Shown here piece after piece: positions 9,589 through 18,246 of a stretch of DNA of 33,682 nucleotides. Source of the DNA: a virus (taxonomy: Duplodnaviria; Caudoviricetes); IMG/VR virus record IMGVR_UViG_3300032330_000741, positions 1 to 33,682 of that record. One strand, written 5' to 3'. The notes beneath the pieces are model-generated. The model saw only the letters and a program-made list of their open reading frames with translations. It did not search any database and had not been told where the DNA came from. How positions within the stretch are numbered: position 1 is the stretch's first letter; each line of letters begins with the position of its first letter. The translations under genes and the position numbers were made by a program.

Positions 9589-11303
9589 TGAGTATGCTTC
9601 AAGACGTTCGTGCAAAGCACCCTGAATACGGTGATATGTCTGACCAGCAGCTAGCTGATGGTCTACATGCCAAATTTTATTCAGACATGCCTAAAGCCAA
9701 GTATTACGAAAAAATAGGGTTAGTTTCGCCCGCCGCGCAGTGGGGCGGCGTAGCCACACGAGCGCTTGCGCCTTACGGCGTCGCTATTACCGCAGGCGCT
9801 GCAGCAGGAACGCCATTAGCAGGTGTCGGTGCAATCCCCGGCGCGATAGCGGGCGCAGGCGCTTTGGGTCTCACAGACTTAACAACGACCGGGTACAACT
9901 TGGCTAGTCCACTATGGGGTGGCGAACGCATCCCTACCGGATCAGAAATGATCCAAAATAGCTTGGAACGTGTGGGTGTTGGTCGTAGACCGCAAACGCA
10001 GGCGCAGCGCATTTTCGGAACCTCGTTAGAAGCTGCCGCGGGCGCAGGTGGTCAAGCTAAGTTTTTGGGCACTATGGCCCCTATGTTTGAAAACCCCGTA
10101 GTTCAGAATACCTTGCGGGAACTATCTAAATACCCGCTTATGCAGGCTACGTCAGCGGCGGGTGCCACAGGCACTAACCAACTCGCGCAGGACATGGGCG
10201 TTACGAACCCATATGCCCTTACGAGCGCTAGCGTTCTGGGCGGCTTAGGCTTTGGTGGTCTTGGCGCTACGGCTGAAAATGCCGTTCGTAACATAGGCAC
10301 CGCTGGTACGCGGGTAGCTGCAAACTTGGAAAATATCCGTCAGGGTAAGGGTTTCCTTCCCGGCACGCCGTCTCGTGAAGCGCTAAAAGAAAGCGCTCAA
10401 AAAGACTTTAAAACCGCTGAAGACGCAGGCATTTCGTATGATCCGTCTAAATTTACCAGTTTTGTAGACAATCTAGAAAACGATTTAAAGGATATTGGTT
10501 TTCGACCTAATACGAGCGCTTTAGCGCCTATTAAAGAAGCGCTTCAAGAATTTAGGGATGCTGTCAGCCAACCGCTGACTTTCCCTAACTTACAGTCGCT
10601 AAGGGAAAACCTTAATATAGCGCGGTCAAGCCCGCTTCCTGCTGTTCGGAAACAAGCCGGTGAGATCGCAACAGCGCTGACCAATTTTGTTTCAAATGCT
10701 ACAAATGCAACATTAGCAGATCAAGTAGCAGCACGCGATGTTGGCCCTGTGTTTAAATCTGCAATTGAAAAATGGGCTAAACTAAGCAAGTCCGACGAGA
10801 TAGATCGCATTATTGACAGTGCAAAAAGAAGTACTGTCGATACGGCAGATGCTTTGCGAAGTAAGTTTGAATCATTAGCTAACAACCAAAAACGGCTCCG
10901 CGTTTTCTCGCCCGACGAACAAGCGCTAATCAAGCGCATGGCAGCTAAAACGTCGGGAGCTGAGCTATCCAAATATATCAGCAGTCTTGGTTTTGGTGGT
11001 AAAGGTCAGCTACTTAACGCTTTGCCGCTTATTTTTGGCTCTGCAATGCACGGCCCTACAGGCGCAATGATTGGTGCGGCTACCGGCTTGACAAGCCTTG
11101 CGGGTGGGCAAGTCGTCAATGCCCTACGAGGTTCCGCCGCTGAACAGCAAGCGCTTAACCTAGCAAAAACTATGCGAGCCGGTAACGCCCGCGCACCCGT
11201 CACCACCACACAAGGTCGTACGCAAATTCGCACGGCTATCGGTGTGGCTACCGCAAAGTCGAAAGACAAGCGTAATTCTTCCAATAACGCTTTACTTAAG
11301 TGA
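9588..11303 (+). CDS. Third ejection / internal virion protein
   Basis: N-terminal PEYGDMSDQQLADGLHAKFY motif; Gly/Ala hydrophobic stretches; TAATG coupling; position. Confidence 0.65.
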   Translation: MSMLQDVRAKHPEYGDMSDQQLADGLHAKFYSDMPKAKYYEKIGLVSPAAQWGGVATRALAPYGVAITAGAAAGTPLAGVGAIPGAIAGAGALGLTDLTTTGYNLASPLWGGERIPTGSEMIQNSLERVGVGRRPQTQAQRIFGTSLEAAAGAGGQAKFLGTMAPMFENPVVQNTLRELSKYPLMQATSAAGATGTNQLAQDMGVTNPYALTSASVLGGLGFGGLGATAENAVRNIGTAGTRVAANLENIRQGKGFLPGTPSREALKESAQKDFKTAEDAGISYDPSKFTSFVDNLENDLKDIGFRPNTSALAPIKEALQEFRDAVSQPLTFPNLQSLRENLNIARSSPLPAVRKQAGEIATALTNFVSNATNATLADQVAARDVGPVFKSAIEKWAKLSKSDEIDRIIDSAKRSTVDTADALRSKFESLANNQKRLRVFSPDEQALIKRMAAKTSGAELSKYISSLGFGGKGQLLNALPLIFGSAMHGPTGAMIGAATGLTSLAGGQVVNALRGSAAEQQALNLAKTMRAGNARAPVTTTQGRTQIRTAIGVATAKSKDKRNSSNNALLK

Positions 11304-11312
11304 GTGCGTACC

Positions 11313-11495
11313 ATGCCCGATAAACTGACAGATTTAGAGGTAGATGCCATCGCGGAACGCGCCGCCCAGAAAGCCATCGTCAAGGTCTACGAGCAGATCG
11401 GTCGATCTGTGGCCGAGAAGGTCTTTTGGTTCATTGGCGTTGTCGTCGTGGGTATGCTGCTTCTCGTAGCCGGTAAGGGTGTCATAAACACATGA
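11313..11495 (+). CDS. Single-transmembrane protein, holin/antiholin candidate
   Basis: VFWFIGVVVVGMLLLVA hydrophobic helix; ATGA overlap with the endolysin gene. Confidence 0.55.
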   Translation: MPDKLTDLEVDAIAERAAQKAIVKVYEQIGRSVAEKVFWFIGVVVVGMLLLVAGKGVINT

Positions 11496-11893
11496 CCTTT
11501 CACCTTAGCCAACGCTCCAGCCTCAACCTGACCGGCGTTCACCCCGATCTGGTCAAGGTCATTATGAAGGCGCTTGAAATCTCGCCGCTAGACTTCACGG
11601 TCATTGAGGGCTTGCGCACCGTCAAGCGCCAGCAAGAGCTATTTGCTTCAGGCGCGTCTAAGACTATGAAGTCTCGGCACATACATGGCTTCGCCGTGGA
11701 CGTAGCGCCGCTCGTGGCGGGTTCTATCCGCTGGGACTGGCCTTTGTATGATCGGTTGATCGCGGCCTTCAAGCAGGCCGCTAAGGACGTTGGCGTTAAG
11801 ACCGAGTTCGGCTATGACTGGAAGACCTTCAAGGACGCGCCGCACCTTCAACTCCCCCATGCCACTTATCCAGATCCGGTGAAAGATGCTTAA
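11492..11893 (+). CDS. Endolysin, peptidase M15 family (L-Ala-D-Glu peptidase-like)
   Basis: EGLRT..RQ, SRHIHGFAVD and DAPHLQ zinc-peptidase motifs. Confidence 0.92.
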   Translation: MTFHLSQRSSLNLTGVHPDLVKVIMKALEISPLDFTVIEGLRTVKRQQELFASGASKTMKSRHIHGFAVDVAPLVAGSIRWDWPLYDRLIAAFKQAAKDVGVKTEFGYDWKTFKDAPHLQLPHATYPDPVKDA

Positions 11894-12047
11894 GTTCATC
11901 AAAGCTCGCCTTAGCGAAAGATCGACCTGGCTGCTGATCGGCACAAGCGTTGCCGCAGCCTCTGCCTTAATCGCGCCGTGGTCCTACGTCTCAATGGCGG
12001 TTGGGGCAATCGCGGCAATGGTTCCTGACGGAGATATCAGTCAATGA
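11886..12047 (+). CDS. Small hydrophobic holin candidate (53 aa, not in ORF track)
   Basis: Hand translation MLKFIKARLSERSTWLLIGTSVAAASALIAPWSYVSMAVGAIAAMVPDGDISQ; overlaps endolysin stop and is ATGA-coupled to the Rz-like gene. Confidence 0.7.
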   Translation: MLKFIKARLSERSTWLLIGTSVAAASALIAPWSYVSMAVGAIAAMVPDGDISQ

Positions 12048-12436
12048 TTCCGCTGCCATATATGCTAGGGGCGCTAGTCGCCGTTTTTGTTCTTGGCTGC
12101 GCCAATGGCTACGCCATCCGCGACGGCGCGGCCAAGTCTGCTGCCGCCAAGGCGTACAAAGCCGCAGAGAAGCGGCGCATAGTCATGCAGGGACAGATTG
12201 ATGTCCTGTCAGCACAATATGAAGAGGAGCGCAGGCGTGTTTCCAGTATCAATATTCAACGCACCAACACGATCAAAGAATTTTACCGCGATGCTCCCGT
12301 TGTTCCTGCTGAGTGCGCTTTGCCTGATCCTATGTACAGCCTGCTCGTCAACAGTGTCCGTGACGCCAATGTCTCTACCGGCGAACCTAGCAGCGCCGTG
12401 TCCAGCACTTCCAAACCCACCCCAACCGGCCATTGA
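12044..12436 (+). CDS. Rz-like inner-membrane spanin
   Basis: N-terminal TM helix, predicted coiled coil, C-terminal Cys; downstream of endolysin. Confidence 0.75.
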   Translation: MIPLPYMLGALVAVFVLGCANGYAIRDGAAKSAAAKAYKAAEKRRIVMQGQIDVLSAQYEEERRRVSSINIQRTNTIKEFYRDAPVVPAECALPDPMYSLLVNSVRDANVSTGEPSSAVSSTSKPTPTGH

Positions 12437-12530
12437 TCCTGACCGGCTGACGTGGGAGGTCTCAGTAATCAGCGCCTACCAAGACTGCGCTACGCGGCAT
12501 AGGCTGGTTGTAAAATCTTGGTCACATTGA
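12291..12530 (+). CDS. Rz1-like outer-membrane lipoprotein spanin, overlapping Rz
   Basis: MLPLFLLSALCLILCTAC signal/lipobox, Pro-rich LPANLAAPCPALP, later Y.DC..RH; different frame inside the Rz-like gene. Confidence 0.8.
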   Translation: MLPLFLLSALCLILCTACSSTVSVTPMSLPANLAAPCPALPNPPQPAIDPDRLTWEVSVISAYQDCATRHRLVVKSWSH

Positions 12531-12870
12531 GGCCATAGCCTCTGGTAATGCGGGGGCGTCCGACGATCACCAAGCGCATGTTAAGATCCGGCTCTTCATA
12601 AAATGAAGCGTGCCTGACCATGACGTTGCGGTAGTTCTCTAACACATAATGAGAATCAACGGGTCGGCCAGGTTCATAGAACAAAATCTCATCCGGCCAA
12701 TCTTGCACCGTCTCAATGATCCGCTTGATGTACGTCTCGTTGTCATCGTTATGCGAGTTGATGAAGACAAAATCATCTTGGTATGACCGCACCGCTTGGA
12801 AGCGGGGATACTTGCCAATCTTTCGCAATTGGTCGTACAAATCGTGAGCCATCAATTCAATCTTCGACAC
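12490..12870 (-). CDS. Hypothetical protein
   Basis: Open frame; likely GTG start at 12870 after GGAGGGG; last gene of the leftward operon. Confidence 0.55.
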   Translation of the reverse strand: MSKIELMAHDLYDQLRKIGKYPRFQAVRSYQDDFVFINSHNDDNETYIKRIIETVQDWPDEILFYEPGRPVDSHYVLENYRNVMVRHASFYEEPDLNMRLVIVGRPRITRGYGLNVTKILQPAYAA

Positions 12871-13348
12871 TTTCCCCTCCATATTTGCGGTGATAATAGG
12901 CAATAATCGCCGCTTCTGCCCGCCCGTCGTGCTTCTTTAACGACCACTGGCTAGCATAGCGCGGGAATAGCTCCGAGGCTCGCAACCTGGCCCCATCCTT
13001 GTCGGTCGGCGTCTGCGTCTTGCGTTTCCACACTTGTGGCGTCACCTCGACGATGGGGATGAAGTTAGCGGCCACCGCACCAATAACCACACCAGCAGCG
13101 CGGCCAAAGGTAAATGCGCCGGCATGGCCGTTCCCCGGCATGGACGCCACCTTCTCTATGACGCAAGTGATGCCTTGGTGCTTTGCCCACAGGTCAAGGA
13201 TGACGGCCAATTGTGCGTGATCTACACGCCGCTTGGTGCCGTCCTGAATGGTCGGCATATCGTGGATCTCTAGTTCGCCGTCGTGCAGGAGCGCCAGAGC
13301 GCCGCCAAGGCCGGGGTCAATTCCTATGATCGGGTTCAAAACGGACAC
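12857..13348 (-). CDS. RuvC-like Holliday junction resolvase
   Basis: IIGIDPG, VIEKV, FTFG, VTPQVWK and DGRAEA motifs; start may be TTG at 13339. Confidence 0.88.
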   Translation of the reverse strand: MSVLNPIIGIDPGLGGALALLHDGELEIHDMPTIQDGTKRRVDHAQLAVILDLWAKHQGITCVIEKVASMPGNGHAGAFTFGRAAGVVIGAVAANFIPIVEVTPQVWKRKTQTPTDKDGARLRASELFPRYASQWSLKKHDGRAEAAIIAYYHRKYGGESVED

Positions 13349-14346
13349 TCATCTGAAAACGGCAGTCCGTTATTGGACCCCCGGCCTTTCATGGCCTCTT
13401 TGCGTTGGGCTAGGCTCTGCTTAGGCGGCATAGCCTTTGCGCCGTGTATGAACGTCTCGCCGGTCTCGCGGTGCTTGTACTCAATGAAGTTGACGCCAGC
13501 GTCAATCGGGTCGGCATTGGGTACGAAATCGGGTATGAGCAGATGCTGATCACAGCCTTTGCGCTGCGCCGCAGAAGTAAGGAATTTTTCCGCCAGTTCG
13601 CAGCGCCACTTGCCGCTTTCAACGGGCGTCGAATGAGCGCACGTTCGGCAGTTAACTTCGGCAGCGGCCTCTTGGTGGCACAGGTCATACATATCGCAGA
13701 ATTTGCATTCCCAATATGACGGGTCATCGCTCAGTTTCAGCGGGGCCTGCTTGGCGTTGACGATGGTGTTGGCCCGCTCTAGCAGCGATCTGAACGCAGG
13801 CTCATGGTATGGCACCACCTCGGTGTACACGGCGTCTGTGTTTTTGTTGACAGCGATGTACATGGCTTTGGGCAATGCCAAGAAACCCATATAGACTTGC
13901 ATCTGGGCGTAATGCTGGGGCTTCTGGCTTTCAACCGACCAATCTTTGAGTTTGCCAAACGTCTTATCGTTCATGGTCTTGCACTCAAGGACCATCCAAT
14001 CGTCAGGACATTCGGGGAAGCCCCTACCAACGCCATCAACAGATCCGCCAAAATGGCCGAATGCATCGCGGACAGTGATCTGTTTGCCGGTCTCTTCCGT
14101 ATAAAGCTCTACGCCTATGCCCTTCAATTCCTCGGCAATCCGGATTTCCTCACGATTGCCGGTATTGAACAGGCGCAACATGCGCCCTTCAAACTTGGGC
14201 ATTACGGCCCACCGGAAGGTGAGCCATAAATACCTGTTGCAAGAATGCCCGATCAGGGACGCGCCGAGATGGTCGCGGAAGTCTTGTGGCTTTGCCTCGT
14301 ACCATGCCGTGATGGCCTGGCCCGTCGTCTGATCGGGCTTGGTCAC
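13336..14346 (-). CDS. Cas4-like PD-(D/E)xK exonuclease
   Basis: GASLIGHSC.R, GSVDG, LECKT, QMQVYM and CKFC.....C motifs; extra C-terminal Cys cluster. Confidence 0.85.
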   Translation of the reverse strand: MTKPDQTTGQAITAWYEAKPQDFRDHLGASLIGHSCNRYLWLTFRWAVMPKFEGRMLRLFNTGNREEIRIAEELKGIGVELYTEETGKQITVRDAFGHFGGSVDGVGRGFPECPDDWMVLECKTMNDKTFGKLKDWSVESQKPQHYAQMQVYMGFLALPKAMYIAVNKNTDAVYTEVVPYHEPAFRSLLERANTIVNAKQAPLKLSDDPSYWECKFCDMYDLCHQEAAAEVNCRTCAHSTPVESGKWRCELAEKFLTSAAQRKGCDQHLLIPDFVPNADPIDAGVNFIEYKHRETGETFIHGAKAMPPKQSLAQRKEAMKGRGSNNGLPFSDECPF

Positions 14347-14820
14347 TTACTTGCGCTCCCAGGGCTTGGTAGCGGCTGGCGCTGCCTTGGTAATCACAGA
14401 ACGCGTAACGGGCGCTGACGCGGCTCCTGCGGCCTTGTAACCTTTCACGCGGTTACGTGTCGGGTCTTTGCGATCAATCTCTAAAACAATAGTGAACGGC
14501 ACATCAATCAGCAAACTTATGTCAACGGCCTCCATATCAATTCCATTATCAACAGCAGTGCTCAAAGCCGTCAAAGCCGCAAAAGCCATATTTTGAGCCT
14601 GCTCACTTTGATTATAGATGTTCAAACGCTCCCAGATCTTGCGACCCGAATATTCCCCGTCCACGATCTGAATGACCAATTCAAGATATTCGCCAGTGCC
14701 GGACTTCGTAGCCTTCATCTGGTTCTCTGTCACAATGGCAAGATATTCGCCGCTTGGCAGAGGGTCAAAGTTGCTTTTAGGGACTTCATATTTTGAAAGA
14801 TCAAAAGTAAGAATTGTCAT
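14347..14820 (-). CDS. DUF669-like putative ssDNA-binding protein
   Basis: FDPLPSGEY, TKSGTGEYLEL, GEYSGRKIWERLN motifs; adjacent to AAA_24 ATPase; start ATG 14820. Confidence 0.8.
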   Translation of the reverse strand: MTILTFDLSKYEVPKSNFDPLPSGEYLAIVTENQMKATKSGTGEYLELVIQIVDGEYSGRKIWERLNIYNQSEQAQNMAFAALTALSTAVDNGIDMEAVDISLLIDVPFTIVLEIDRKDPTRNRVKGYKAAGAASAPVTRSVITKAAPAATKPWERK

Positions 14821-14831
14821 TTTATTAGTTC

Positions 14832-15560
14832 CTATTTGATTGCATTTGCAAAGGCTTCCCAAGTCAGCGGAATGCTGTCGGGCAGGCTGTAGCGATTCTT
14901 GGCCATGTAGGCAGGGCGCTCAGTGGTGAACAGCATACGCTCACCGGATGAGATCCCTCTGGCCACGGTCTTGTTAAAACCAACGTCGTCCTTTTTGACG
15001 ATGGTCTTGTAGTTGGCGAACATAACGGCGTCCGCCCATTCCCGCACCACCGCGTTGCTGCGCTCTTGCAGCTTCGGCTGGTAGCGGTCAAACGGCTCGA
15101 CTTCAGGACTGTCAAACCGCTTAATGGTGTTGTGTGCCAAAAGTATCACAGTCATCTGCTTATCGTTCCGCAGGGCGTTAAGCCCGTCCAGAACGTCGCG
15201 CCATTGTTGGGCAGCGATCATTGCGCCTTTGCCGTAGGCAAGGTCTTTGGCGTCGTGCTTGGCTTCCATCTCACGGTGGATGATGGCTTCAAGCCAATCC
15301 AAGCTGTCAAGCACCACCGTCTTGTAGGGATGGTCTTCTGCATAGAGTGCTCCAATGGCGTCCATGACGTTATCCAGTGAATGAGCGATGGGGAAATGCT
15401 CGACGTCCAAAGATCCCAAGCCATCCTCAGTCAGGATAAAGATTGGATCTGGTGCGCTAGCGGCGAAAGTTGATTTGCCAATACCCTCGACGCCGTAGAC
15501 CATAATACGCGGCGGCGCGGTGTTGTCGTTACGGCTAATGCTCTTAAGATCAAAAGCCAT
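14832..15560 (-). CDS. AAA_24 / Sak4-like ATPase (putative single-strand annealing protein)
   Basis: Walker A GVEGIGKS, Walker B VVLDS, ILLAH and AKNR motifs; start ATG 15560. Confidence 0.85.
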   Translation of the reverse strand: MAFDLKSISRNDNTAPPRIMVYGVEGIGKSTFAASAPDPIFILTEDGLGSLDVEHFPIAHSLDNVMDAIGALYAEDHPYKTVVLDSLDWLEAIIHREMEAKHDAKDLAYGKGAMIAAQQWRDVLDGLNALRNDKQMTVILLAHNTIKRFDSPEVEPFDRYQPKLQERSNAVVREWADAVMFANYKTIVKKDDVGFNKTVARGISSGERMLFTTERPAYMAKNRYSLPDSIPLTWEAFANAIK

Positions 15561-15961
15561 TACTTGTCCTCCCCAGATTCGATTTGAACGTAAGGCTTCG
15601 CGGCCTTTGACGTGATGTGTTTGGCAAGGCTCTTCCAAAGATCTGCGCGGTATTCCCGCAGATCCTTTAGCTTCGTCTCATTGAGTTCCTTCTTGATCCG
15701 CACAGGCTGGAAGTTCTCAGGCCACTCTGCGGTCAAAACCTCAAGCGCGGCCATATCGTCAGCCTTAAAGTTAGTCTTGAGGGTAATGCAAATCTTCAAT
15801 CCGCCGTCCAGCTTGAGTGTGGACTTTCCGTCCTTGTTAGGCTTGATAGCCTGGACGATCTGGTCTTCAATATCTAAGCGGCGTTGGTTTGCCGCTATTT
15901 CCTCGCCCTTGGCCGCGAGCCAGAAAGTCGCCAAGGCTTCTAAGTTATCATCGTTGGTCAT
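15560..15961 (-). CDS. Hypothetical protein of the recombination module
   Basis: GGAG RBS before ATG 15961; TAATG coupling to the ATPase gene. Confidence 0.7.
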   Translation of the reverse strand: MTNDDNLEALATFWLAAKGEEIAANQRRLDIEDQIVQAIKPNKDGKSTLKLDGGLKICITLKTNFKADDMAALEVLTAEWPENFQPVRIKKELNETKLKDLREYRADLWKSLAKHITSKAAKPYVQIESGEDK

Positions 15962-16093
15962 TTGGTTTGCTCCGTTGAAGTTTGACCATCTAATATCAGA
16001 CCGCATAAAAACGCAATATGATTTTTAGAAATTATGTGGATTGCTTGATATTTTATTTTGTGCAAGGATTTCACAATCATACGAGAGGACATC
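15962..16093. promoter_or_regulatory. AT-rich divergent promoter region
   Basis: Lies between divergent operons; minus-strand TTGCGT (16016-16011) is a candidate -35. Confidence 0.6.
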
Positions 16094-16327
16094 ATGGCTA
16101 AGATTAAATACGGGTGCAATCCGGCATACAATGTGGTTACGACAATTGGGGACGTAACGCACACCGCGTCCTTACTTGGCCTTACCCAATCGGCTGTCAG
16201 CCGCTGGTTGACGCCTGTCGATCAGGGCGGGACTGGCGGCGTTATCCCTCAGAGGCATTGGGATAACATCCTTGGCATTTGCCCTGCCCTAGACGTGTAC
16301 GACCTGTCCGGCCACCCCCGCCCTTAA
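16094..16327 (+). CDS. Cro-like helix-turn-helix regulator
   Basis: GAGAGG RBS; TASLLGLTQSAVSRW HTH followed by GGTGGVIP. Confidence 0.8.
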   Translation: MAKIKYGCNPAYNVVTTIGDVTHTASLLGLTQSAVSRWLTPVDQGGTGGVIPQRHWDNILGICPALDVYDLSGHPRP

Positions 16328-16335
16328 GGCACACA

Positions 16336-18246
16336 ATGGATAATTCAGATTTCCTTCGCGCCGTCTATGGCGCGATACAGGACAATTACGGCTGGACCAC
16401 GAGCTTTGCCTCTGACCCCAATAAGTCGGAACCGACTGTCTGGGGTGGCAACGCTTGGACCGGATCGCCAGGTCAGAAAAACCTGATAGACAAGCGGGTC
16501 AGTGACAACAATTTCTTCTGCGTGTCCATCATGGCAGCGGACAAGCGCCGTCGATCTAAAGACACGTTTGTTCGCCTTTGCGTTCTGCTGGCAGACGATG
16601 CGCAGCCTGACGAATTGTTTGGTAATCCCTCTTACACAATAGAAACATCCCCCGGCAATTATCAGGTCGGCGTACTGATCGACCGCGATGATCCGGACGC
16701 CAAGGACCAAGGCCTGATTGATCTGGTCTTGCAGCGCATGGCAGCAGCTAACCTGATCGGCGCGGATGCTAGCGGTAACAACATTGTCCGCTATGGTCGC
16801 TTGCCTGTTGGCTGCAACACAAAGCAGCGTGACACAGGCGTCTTTGCGACCAAGGTTCTGCAAGCCGATCTGACGGCCACCTACAGCCTTGCGGACGCTG
16901 TGGCTACGTTTGGCCTAGACCTTGAAGAGATCCGCTCAGGCACCCGCGCAGCGCCTTCAGCGGCTAAGGATTTGGACAAGACCAGTCTGACGGCAGTTGA
17001 TCTATATAAGAGCCTCATAACCACCAACATGGACGAGCGGTCCTATCACGATCCGCTTCTGAAGCTATCGTCTGGCATGATTGCGGCAGGCATGGCCCCC
17101 GGCGCGGTGGTCAATAACCTTCGATCCCTCATGCTCGCGACGCGGCCAGAGACGGGCGCGGATCTCGCCCGTTGGGAAGCTCGCTTCGGCCAAGACCTAT
17201 CGCGCATGGTGGCCTCGGCGCAGAAATATGCGCCTAGCGAGGAGCGCATTGCAGAGATTGCCCCCGGCGGTCTGTTTATGGGCATGGAGGCTTTGGGCGA
17301 TCTGACCCGCAACGTGCGTTGGGCGGTCAAGGGTTTGGTGCCGGAAGACAGCATGGGCATGATCTTTGGCGCCTCTGGTACATACAAATCATTTATCGCC
17401 ATCGACCTGGCCATGCACATGGTTCACGAAATGGAATGGGCGGGTAAGCGTACTAAAAAAGGTGCCATCGCCTATCTTGCGGCTGAAGGCGGCGCCGGTA
17501 TCTATCGGCGTCTGGTGGCTTGGCATAATCAGTTTGGCCTCGTGCCTGATAACAGTATCAACATCTGTATCACGCCCTTGCTGCTTTCCGCTGTTGAAGA
17601 GGTCGCGGCTATGAAGGCGGCTATCGCTGCCCTGCCAGAGCGTCCCAAGCTGGTCGTGATCGACACCCTGTCGCAGACCTTCAACGGTGACGAAAACTCA
17701 TCCAGTGACATTGGTGACTATCTGAGAATGATCAACACTGAGATCCGTGCGGCGTTTAACTGCACCGTGATCGTGGTTCACCATACAGGCCACAGCGCCG
17801 CAGAGCGTCCTCGCGGCTCGTCTGCTATCACAGCCAATTTAGATTTTATCCTTGGCGTGTTCCGGCCAGATCCTGAACGCCCTATCGCTCGCCTGTCTGT
17901 CCACAAGATGAAAGACGGCGACAAGGTTGATGATCTTTATTTTGAAATGACGCGCTCTGTCCTAGGACACGATGAAGACGGGGACGAGATTTCGTCACTG
18001 GTTGCGCGTCACACGGCTGCGCCAAATGTGAGCGAAGGTAACGGCAGGTTCTCCAAATATGATGCCTTGTGCGTCAAGGCTTTTGCTTCTGGCGGTCTTG
18101 TCAGTGAGCAGGATATTAAAAACATGGCTGACAAGGGCGACAGTGAATCGTCCGTCACCAAAGGTATAAAGCGTGCTTTAGACGGAATGTTTAAGCGCGG
18201 TCTTATTAAGAAAATTGGCTATGGTGTTTGGCAAAGGATAGCATGA
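16336..18246 (+). CDS. RepB-like primase fused to AAA_25 (RepA/SF4-type) helicase
   Basis: LLADD...IETSPGNYQ...RYGRLP primase motifs; Walker A GASGTYKS, YLAAEG, VVIDT, VVHHTG and RGSSA helicase motifs. Confidence 0.88.
   Translation: MDNSDFLRAVYGAIQDNYGWTTSFASDPNKSEPTVWGGNAWTGSPGQKNLIDKRVSDNNFFCVSIMAADKRRRSKDTFVRLCVLLADDAQPDELFGNPSYTIETSPGNYQVGVLIDRDDPDAKDQGLIDLVLQRMAAANLIGADASGNNIVRYGRLPVGCNTKQRDTGVFATKVLQADLTATYSLADAVATFGLDLEEIRSGTRAAPSAAKDLDKTSLTAVDLYKSLITTNMDERSYHDPLLKLSSGMIAAGMAPGAVVNNLRSLMLATRPETGADLARWEARFGQDLSRMVASAQKYAPSEERIAEIAPGGLFMGMEALGDLTRNVRWAVKGLVPEDSMGMIFGASGTYKSFIAIDLAMHMVHEMEWAGKRTKKGAIAYLAAEGGAGIYRRLVAWHNQFGLVPDNSINICITPLLLSAVEEVAAMKAAIAALPERPKLVVIDTLSQTFNGDENSSSDIGDYLRMINTEIRAAFNCTVIVVHHTGHSAAERPRGSSAITANLDFILGVFRPDPERPIARLSVHKMKDGDKVDDLYFEMTRSVLGHDEDGDEISSLVARHTAAPNVSEGNGRFSKYDALCVKAFASGGLVSEQDIKNMADKGDSESSVTKGIKRALDGMFKRGLIKKIGYGVWQRIA

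Noticed and set aside
13336-14346. CRISPR-Cas system implied by the Cas4-like gene
   Set aside because: No array or other cas genes; context is a standard phage recombination module
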